A stretch of 64,000 bases of DNA from a virus: the IMG/VR virus record IMGVR_UViG_3300042892_002840, positions 1 through 64,000 of that record; one strand, written 5' to 3'. Every line of letters begins with the position of its first letter. Positions within the stretch are counted from its first letter, which is position 1. Of this stretch, positions 40,935 to 47,847 are shown piece by piece. The notes under the pieces were generated by a model. It was not told where the DNA came from. It did not search any database and was given only the letters and a program-made list of their open reading frames with translations. The translations under genes and the position numbers were made by a program.

Positions 40935-42254
40935 TTACTTATTATGTATAAGTAATCCGCTGACAAAGAACCAGTCGTATGGTTCGCAAGAAAGTTGATA
41001 AACGCTTGTTGGTGCTTCATTTGAATACTTAATGTCTTCTATAGGGACTTCAGTCATTAGACCGTTTGAGTCTACAACAATTAAGTTTTCTCCAATTTCA
41101 GCATAGTAAGATTCTTTAATCTTATACTGTCCGTCAGATGTTTTAACGAATATAGGCTGAGTAAATGTCATTCTGATGTCAGTGTTTCCATTAAAGTACA
41201 TAATATCTGACTCTTGAGTTTCAATTATTTCAGTAATTGTTGTTTCAACAAATTGTCCTAAAGATAATGCATCTGAATTCCATGTCGAGAACTGATATGA
41301 ATCTGGTGTAGTTGGATCAATTTGATTGATCACTACAGACTTAATCTTGTCTCCGACCTGTAAGAACTTAGCTGGTACTTGACCATCCATTGTATCTACA
41401 AGTGTGTTTTCTTCTACACAAGGAGGTCCAAACCAAGGGATGAAGTAAAAGCTTGGAGGTGCAAAGAACCCTGGGGGCGAGAAGAACCCTGGAGGCGAGA
41501 AGAACCCTGGAGGTGCGAAGAACCCTGGAGGTGCGAAGAACCCTGGGGGCGAAAAGAACCCTGGAGGTGCAAAGAACCCTGGGGGCGAGAAGAACCCTGG
41601 AGGTGCGAAGAACCCTGGGGGCGAAAAGAACCCTGGAGGGCTAAAGAATGAAGGTGGTGAGAAGAAGGTTGTAATGCTATTTGATGGAGATGATGTTTCA
41701 CCATTACCGTTAGCATTAGCTGCATAGACTGTATATGTCTGTGCGGTTCCTTGTTCTTGAGATACAGATACTGATGTAGATGCTGTGCTTCCAGATTTTC
41801 CGTCTGATGATGCCCAGTAGTATGCTGTTATTGCTGATCCACCATTTGCTGGTGCTGACCAAGACACTACGTCTGTTCCTGCAGATGATGATGATGCTGA
41901 AGGAGCACCAACCTGTGCTGGAACCGTTGTAGGTGTTGTGGCGTTTGATGTGGTTGTAAGACCATTACCAACTGCATTAGATGGAGTTATTGTGAATGTG
42001 TATGATGTTCCACCAGCTAGTCCTGTGAAGGAAAACGAGGTAGAAGATGTTGTTTTTGTTGTTGTTGCTGGACTTGACACTATTGTATATAGTGTTGCTG
42101 CTGGTGAATCGGATGGAAGCGTCCAAGCTAGGTTCGCTGAACCGTTATTGAACGCCCCTCCGTTAACACCAGTGGCAGTAAATCCAGTAACAGCCTTTGG
42201 CTCTAGGAAGTTATCCTGAGCTGAAGACTTAATACCGATTTTCTTATTTGCCAT
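40935..42254 (-). CDS. FN3-FN3-(FFxPPG)12-Hint domain protein
   Basis: Two FN3 patterns, 12 hexapeptide repeats, then CVEENTLV...LQVGD...GLLIHNK Hint domain. Confidence 0.85.
   Translation of the reverse strand: MANKKIGIKSSAQDNFLEPKAVTGFTATGVNGGAFNNGSANLAWTLPSDSPAATLYTIVSSPATTTKTTSSTSFSFTGLAGGTSYTFTITPSNAVGNGLTTTSNATTPTTVPAQVGAPSASSSSAGTDVVSWSAPANGGSAITAYYWASSDGKSGSTASTSVSVSQEQGTAQTYTVYAANANGNGETSSPSNSITTFFSPPSFFSPPGFFSPPGFFAPPGFFSPPGFFAPPGFFSPPGFFAPPGFFAPPGFFSPPGFFSPPGFFAPPSFYFIPWFGPPCVEENTLVDTMDGQVPAKFLQVGDKIKSVVINQIDPTTPDSYQFSTWNSDALSLGQFVETTITEIIETQESDIMYFNGNTDIRMTFTQPIFVKTSDGQYKIKESYYAEIGENLIVVDSNGLMTEVPIEDIKYSNEAPTSVYQLSCEPYDWFFVSGLLIHNK
41337..41444. repeat. 108-bp exact repeat, copy 1 (copy 2 at 48250..48357)
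   Basis: Base-by-base identity; encodes FIPWFGPPCVEE...GDKIKS. Confidence 0.95.
41451..41666 (-). repeat. coding tandem repeat, 12 x 18 bp, FF[S/A]PP[G/S]
   Basis: Counted from DNA and protein. Confidence 0.95.
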
Positions 42255-42280
42255 TTTTATCTCCTATTTTTTTAATCTAA

Positions 42281-44095
42281 TTAAGCTGAAAGGTCTCCGA
42301 CAAGCACCCAAGTATTTGCCGCTCTCTTGATGAGAGTTGCTGATGACCATTGTGCACGAAGCTTTAATCCTGGAGTTGCATTTACTGTAACTCCACCTGC
42401 TGCTGCAACATCTACTGCGCCTGCTCCCACTCTCAGAACATCTAGGGATGTACCGATTGGGAATGCAACTGCTGCATCTGTTGGAATTGTTACTGTTGTT
42501 GCAGAAGCTGAGTTCATTTCAATCATTGAGTCTTTTTCATTGACTGATGAAAGAGTGTAGCTTGCTGTCTTCTGTGAAATTGGTGTAGCAGAAGGAACCT
42601 TGCCAGCTAACGCTGTTGTTACAGTAGCTGCGTAGTTTGCGTCATCTCCAAGTGCTGCTGCTAATTCATCAAGTGTGTTTAGCGCTGCTGGTGCTGATGC
42701 AATTACTGCATTCACCTGTGCTGTTGCATCTGCAATAGCTTCTGACTTAGCTGTTGCAATTGCTGTAGCCTGTGCTGAAGATACTGGCTTATTAGCATCT
42801 GATGTATTGTCAACGTTTCCTAGGCCAAGTGTAGTTGCTGTGACAGCTGCTACTTCTGACTTAAGTGCTAGAAGTGATGTATCTGAAATTCCGTGTACAT
42901 TTGTTGTATCTGAGTTGTGATCTGATACCTTTGTGTCAGCAGCTGTTGCTGCTGCTGTAATAGCTTCTGACTTAGCATTTGCTGCCTTTGTTGTAGCATC
43001 TGCTGCTGCTGCTGAAACTGCACCATCTGCTTTAGTTGTAGCGTCTGCTGCTGCTGTAGCTAGTGCAGTTGTAATCGCTGAGTCACGATCTGCAACTGTT
43101 GAAATTACAGTCTGGTCAACGCTAAGTGTTAATAGGTTTCCTGCATCGTCATATACTCTTCCAAGACCGTTTCCAGCAGTAACCTGAATCATTCCTGCTG
43201 CTGTATCTTGAATTAGCTCTGCAGCATTTGCCTGAGAAACGTATGTTGTTGATGCGTTGTTAATTGTTAAATATGTGCTTGCAGCATCTGTCTTTGCAAG
43301 GTAGTCGGCATCATTGAGTGCCTTATTCTGATAGCTTGCTTCTAGAGCTGTTGTTGTGACGTATCCTTCAATTGAAGCACCAGCTGGAATTGTTACTGTT
43401 CCAGTAAATGTTGGTGATGCGATTGTTGCCTTTGTTGCTAAAGCAGATGTTACTGTTGTAGCGTAGTTAGCATCATTAGCTATTGCTGTTGCAAGCTCAT
43501 TAATTGTATCTAGGGCCTCTGGAGCTCCGTTTACAAGTGTTTGAAGTGATGCATCTACATATGTGCGTGTAGCAACTGTTGAGTTAATTGCAATTGCACC
43601 TGTTGTATTGTCGTATGAAATTCCTGTTCCGCCTGAGAGCTTTGCTCTAACTGATGCGTCTGAAATTTGATCCGCAAGGACCTTTGCGTTTGCATCAAGT
43701 GATGCTACACCAAAAGCTACACCCTTATCGGCTTCTGGAACATATGTTCCATCAGCTGAGTTAGATAGTGCAGTAACTGCGTTATCTACGTAATCTCTAT
43801 TTGCCCATACTGTATCACTAATTTCAATAGTAATTGTATTTGCACCATCGTTGTATGTCTTTGTAAGACCAGTTCCAACTACGAGTGCTGAGTTAATTGC
43901 ATCTTGTGCAATTTCTGTAACTCCTGGGGTATCTGATGCGCCGTATGAAAGTGTATTCCATGCTCCTGTACCATTACCAAATTTAAACTTATTACTATCT
44001 GTCTCATATCCCATTTCACCTGCGGCTAATACTGGGTTTACTGAAGACCAGTCTGCTGCCAGACCTCTTCTTACTTGAATTCTTACTGTTGACAT
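42281..44095 (-). CDS. fibre protein with Mtd_N-like N-terminus
   Basis: RIQVRRG..W...NPVLAAGEMGYETD; APEALDTINELA motifs; Ala-rich heptads. Confidence 0.8.
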   Translation of the reverse strand: MSTVRIQVRRGLAADWSSVNPVLAAGEMGYETDSNKFKFGNGTGAWNTLSYGASDTPGVTEIAQDAINSALVVGTGLTKTYNDGANTITIEISDTVWANRDYVDNAVTALSNSADGTYVPEADKGVAFGVASLDANAKVLADQISDASVRAKLSGGTGISYDNTTGAIAINSTVATRTYVDASLQTLVNGAPEALDTINELATAIANDANYATTVTSALATKATIASPTFTGTVTIPAGASIEGYVTTTALEASYQNKALNDADYLAKTDAASTYLTINNASTTYVSQANAAELIQDTAAGMIQVTAGNGLGRVYDDAGNLLTLSVDQTVISTVADRDSAITTALATAAADATTKADGAVSAAAADATTKAANAKSEAITAAATAADTKVSDHNSDTTNVHGISDTSLLALKSEVAAVTATTLGLGNVDNTSDANKPVSSAQATAIATAKSEAIADATAQVNAVIASAPAALNTLDELAAALGDDANYAATVTTALAGKVPSATPISQKTASYTLSSVNEKDSMIEMNSASATTVTIPTDAAVAFPIGTSLDVLRVGAGAVDVAAAGGVTVNATPGLKLRAQWSSATLIKRAANTWVLVGDLSA

Positions 44096-44151
44096 TTATG
44101 CCACCCCTTATTTTATATTATTTGTAAAGTATACCATTTTTTCAATTACAA

Positions 44152-44511
44152 TTATGCGTTAATTGTGCTTGAGTCAAATGATAGGTCAAACGATGTTGTT
44201 GCTGGGGTTCCGCCATCAGCGAATTTAGTCGCTGTTGTGACAACCCCGTTTGCTTGTACTGTATAAACAGGATTGCCATCATAATCAATAGCCAATCCAA
44301 TATCCATAAAGCTTATTGCACCTGATGTGTCTACTACATCTGTTGTATGTGCCAAAGAGACCCAAGTTCCGTTGATCTGAACCTTGAGCCTTCCTGATGT
44401 TTCGTCGAATGCTATTGGGGCGGTGCCTAATACGATGTCAGAATCAAATGTTGCTGTACCAGCTACATTTAACCCATTCTTTACTCTAAAATTTTTATTT
44501 ACTGTTGCCAT
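44152..44511 (-). CDS. small virion/fibre-associated protein
   Basis: KNFRVKNGL N-terminus shared with 44582..46009. Confidence 0.65.
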   Translation of the reverse strand: MATVNKNFRVKNGLNVAGTATFDSDIVLGTAPIAFDETSGRLKVQINGTWVSLAHTTDVVDTSGAISFMDIGLAIDYDGNPVYTVQANGVVTTATKFADGGTPATTSFDLSFDSSTINA

Positions 44512-44543
44512 TTAAGTTCACTTATCCCCTAATTGTTTATTGT

Positions 44544-44566
44544 GGGGGATTTTTAAGGAATCCCCC
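44544..44566. terminator. GC-rich intergenic hairpin, probable terminator
   Basis: GGGGGATT/AATCCCCC stem. Confidence 0.55.
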
Positions 44567-44581
44567 GAAACCTTTATTTAA

Positions 44582-46009
44582 TTATTTAAGAAGTGTTCCA
44601 GTTACTTTGATTGTTGAATCATTTACTGGATCTACTCTTAGCTGAACATTTGCACCAGATACTGATGCTGTTATTGTTCCTCTTGATCCATTAGTTCCGA
44701 CAATTGCGTATTCTGTAATTGCTACGTTATCTGATGAATCTAGTGTTACTAGAATTTCTGATATTTCATTGTTTGTTCCATTGTCAATTTTAACAAGGAA
44801 CTTACCTGAGCGGAAATCCGCTTTTGCCCACTGATAAGCAGTTACTGGAACTGATCCCAATGATGCTGATGTAGCTGCAATATGCTTAGCCTCATCATTT
44901 ACATTAATTTCTGTGAATGCTGTTGTGCCGTCTACAAGATTGTCTACAAGGCCATCTGCATGTCCTTCTGCTGCTGTCTGTGCTGCTGAAGCAGATCCTG
45001 CTGCATCGTAGTTAGATGCTAGGCTGTCTGCATATCCTCTTGCTGAGGTATCTGCAGCATTTGCTTTATTTGTAGCATCGGTTGCTGCTGCTGTCTGTGC
45101 TGCTGAAGCAGATCCTGCTGCATCGTATGCTGCTGATGTTGCAGAAAGTGCTGCTGTGTTGAAATCTGAGATATCTGCTGAATCAAGACCAGTTACAGAA
45201 ATTGTTGATCCTGTAATATCAATGTTTGATCCTGCTGTTAATGTATCTTGCTTTCCTGCTGCAATATCCTGAAGATCAGAGATAATGTCTGGATTGTCCT
45301 GAAGTGCTGCTGCCAACTCGTTGAGTGTATCAAGTGTTGCTGGGGCTGAGTCTACAAGGTTTGCAATTGCGGTGTCTGCATGAAGTTCTGCTGCTGCTTG
45401 AGCAAGACCAATTTCTGTGCTTGTCTTGTATGCTGACCAGACCTTATCTGAAGCGCTTGAAGCGTCATTGATCTTGTTGTCTGCATAATCTTCTGCTGCA
45501 GACTGAGCATTATTTGCAGCTGTTGTAGCAAATGATTCTGCTGCTGACTGTGCTGCATTTGCCTTATTTGTAGCATCTGTTGATGCTGTAGCTTCTGCGG
45601 CTGCCTGAGCATTATTTGCTGCAGTTGTTGCAAATCCTTCTGCTGCAGTCTGTGCTGCTGCTGCAGCGCCTGCTGCATCGTAATTTGATGCTAAGCTGTT
45701 TGAGTATGATTGTGCATCTGCAAGAGCTTGATTAGCCTTATTAGTTGCATCTGTTGCTGCTGCTGCTTGAGCCGCTGAAGCAGATCCGTATGAATCAAAA
45801 GTATTAGCATTTACTGTAAGGTTTCCTGAACCATCTACATTAAATACGCTGGTGTCAACGGACTTAACAAGAGTCGCTCCGCCAACAAGGTTGAGGATAT
45901 AGCTATCTCCACCTGTTTCTGTAAGGATGTTTTGGCCATTGATTGTACCTGTGGTACCTTCAACTATAAGGCCAGATTTAATTCTAAAGTTTTTAACTAC
46001 TGTTGCCAT
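44582..46009 (-). CDS. Ala-rich coiled-coil fibre protein
   Basis: Repeated DATNKA / YDAAGSASAAQ units; LVDSAPATLDTLNELA. Confidence 0.75.
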   Translation of the reverse strand: MATVVKNFRIKSGLIVEGTTGTINGQNILTETGGDSYILNLVGGATLVKSVDTSVFNVDGSGNLTVNANTFDSYGSASAAQAAAATDATNKANQALADAQSYSNSLASNYDAAGAAAAAQTAAEGFATTAANNAQAAAEATASTDATNKANAAQSAAESFATTAANNAQSAAEDYADNKINDASSASDKVWSAYKTSTEIGLAQAAAELHADTAIANLVDSAPATLDTLNELAAALQDNPDIISDLQDIAAGKQDTLTAGSNIDITGSTISVTGLDSADISDFNTAALSATSAAYDAAGSASAAQTAAATDATNKANAADTSARGYADSLASNYDAAGSASAAQTAAEGHADGLVDNLVDGTTAFTEINVNDEAKHIAATSASLGSVPVTAYQWAKADFRSGKFLVKIDNGTNNEISEILVTLDSSDNVAITEYAIVGTNGSRGTITASVSGANVQLRVDPVNDSTIKVTGTLLK

Positions 46010-46036
46010 TTATATGACTCCTCTTGTTGCTTTTTA

Positions 46037-46588
46037 TTATGCCTTGATTGCTGTTCTAATAAATCTTACTGATATAGAACCGCTCACAGGGGTGACTCTT
46101 AGATTAATTATACCTGAAGTTTCTTCAAATGTATAAGTAAATAAATTATTATCTGTTGTGGAAATAATGTTAGTCTCTGAGACTAGAACATTTGTTCCAT
46201 CATGTGTCGTTGAGATGTCAGAAGAATAAACATCTGCACCCTTTGTTACCTGTATTTTATAAAATACAGACTTCCAAACACTTTTTGCAAAAGAATCAAT
46301 TGTTGTTTGATTCTCAATTCCATTTACCTCTAGGTCATTGTTACCGTCAAGTCCTAGCAGCTCTTCTACGTATCCTGAGTTGTTAGTAAGCCCATCTACT
46401 GCTGTAGATAGATTGTTTATCTTGTATGTTAATGAATTTGAGTCTGCTGAGTTTGTAACTCCTACTACAGTTTCCAAAGCCTCAATAGCGTCGTTTGCAT
46501 TGGCATGCTGAGCAGCATGTCCTACTAGCTCGTCTGTTGAATTTGGATTTGTAAGGTTGTCCTTACTTGTTGGGAAAACTGTTGCCAT
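46037..46588 (-). CDS. virion protein sharing a C-terminal beta domain with 44582..46009
   Basis: HAAQHANANDAIEALE N-terminus; similar C-terminal strand pattern. Confidence 0.65.
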   Translation of the reverse strand: MATVFPTSKDNLTNPNSTDELVGHAAQHANANDAIEALETVVGVTNSADSNSLTYKINNLSTAVDGLTNNSGYVEELLGLDGNNDLEVNGIENQTTIDSFAKSVWKSVFYKIQVTKGADVYSSDISTTHDGTNVLVSETNIISTTDNNLFTYTFEETSGIINLRVTPVSGSISVRFIRTAIKA

Positions 46589-46644
46589 TTATATAAGCCT
46601 CCTGGCGGTGGTGCATGTTATCTAATTATATCTTATATATTTTT

Positions 46645-47829
46645 TTAAGACGGAATAAAACCAGAAGGCAGTCCTTTTATTACACGCTCTTCTAATTCAC
46701 CAGTTGAGAAGTGTATGCCAGAATACCTTTCAAAATCTTCAAGTGTTCTCTCTGCAAATAAGCCATTTACTGGATCAATCTTGTTTTTAACTATAATCTG
46801 CTGAAAGTAAGACTTCGATGCATTATGTCTTGGATAAAATTCTTCTGGAAAGTCGTCCCAAAACAAGACTCTGTCTGGTCTACCGTATCTATGATACACG
46901 AATACTTTTCTTGGAGTTACTAGATTGTAACCCGCTGTAAAAAACCTAAGTGCCATAAGTGGCTCTTCCTCAGTAAATGTAACTTCATCTACAAATGGCA
47001 CAGATTCAATTACTGTTTTTTCAGTAAAGAAAAAGTGGCCAGACAAATAGGGGGAAAGCACATTTGTTTCTGGGTTAGTGTATTGTGGGGTAAACTGAGG
47101 AACAAGAGTAGACTTAAAATGTGCAATGTTTGACTCTGACATAAAGAATGTTGGATTAGCCTCACATTCCTGAAGTTCGTCATTTCCATTTTCATCTACT
47201 GTATATGGTGGTACATATGCTGTAAATACAAGTTCATCAAAGTTTTGCTTGGCATAGTTATACTCTTTAATTAATTCTGTATCCCACCCAGATATTGATC
47301 TCATGTGGGAGTCCATGTTAAGATAGTAGTCTTGGTTGTTATAAAACTTGTGAGAATTCTTCCTAGCAGGCTGGCAACCAATAATTGATCCAGGATTTAA
47401 TGAATCAACTGACACATTTTTTCTTTTTGATGCTTCTGCTATATTAAAATCTATGTCATCATCCTGAATAGTTAATCCAAAATACACTCTATCTGGAAAC
47501 TCAGCATTCTTTAAGAAGTTATCTACTGTGGTCCAAATCTCTGGGTCTTTATATGATGGAATATTGATAAATATAGTAGCTTCATTCTGTATCATAAGCA
47601 ATTCCATTTCTTTTTCTGTTACTGGATCTTCTCCGCCCCATTTATGAATAGGGCATTCTGCTAACTGCAATTTGGTTTTGAATTTCATAAAACAACCACA
47701 CTTTTTACATTGCTTGGTTGTATTAATAAACTCTGGGCATGCCTTGCATATCTCATATCTTGATTTAGCAAGATCTGGAGTGGCATATTGACTATTAGGG
47801 TTTAATAGGTCCCATGGCTTTACTGACAT
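46645..47829 (-). CDS. Gnt1/GT60-like (hydroxyproline) polypeptide GlcNAc-transferase with N-terminal Cys-rich domain
   Basis: TIFINIPSYKDPE, YYLNMDSHMR..GWD, FTEEE, VYHRY match the Skp1 Gnt1-type pattern (IFV.I.SYRD.E...QIDSHMRF..WD); N-terminal six-Cys domain ending CPIHKW. Confidence 0.8.
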   Translation of the reverse strand: MSVKPWDLLNPNSQYATPDLAKSRYEICKACPEFINTTKQCKKCGCFMKFKTKLQLAECPIHKWGGEDPVTEKEMELLMIQNEATIFINIPSYKDPEIWTTVDNFLKNAEFPDRVYFGLTIQDDDIDFNIAEASKRKNVSVDSLNPGSIIGCQPARKNSHKFYNNQDYYLNMDSHMRSISGWDTELIKEYNYAKQNFDELVFTAYVPPYTVDENGNDELQECEANPTFFMSESNIAHFKSTLVPQFTPQYTNPETNVLSPYLSGHFFFTEKTVIESVPFVDEVTFTEEEPLMALRFFTAGYNLVTPRKVFVYHRYGRPDRVLFWDDFPEEFYPRHNASKSYFQQIIVKNKIDPVNGLFAERTLEDFERYSGIHFSTGELEERVIKGLPSGFIPS

Positions 47830-47847
47830 ATATATATGATATCATTT

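Noticed and set aside
40938-41420. Canonical splicing intein
   Set aside because: HN is followed by Lys and stop; no C-extein and no homing endonuclease.
41379-41651. Plus-strand ORFs with (EEPWRC)n repeats resembling RiPP precursors (also 48292..48492, 48317..48559, 41453..41644)
   Set aside because: Antisense or off-frame shadows of the 18-bp repeat; variation is synonymous in the minus-strand FFxPPG frame and no RBS is evident.
41451-41666. CRISPR array
   Set aside because: Contiguous 18-bp coding repeats with no spacers and no cas genes.
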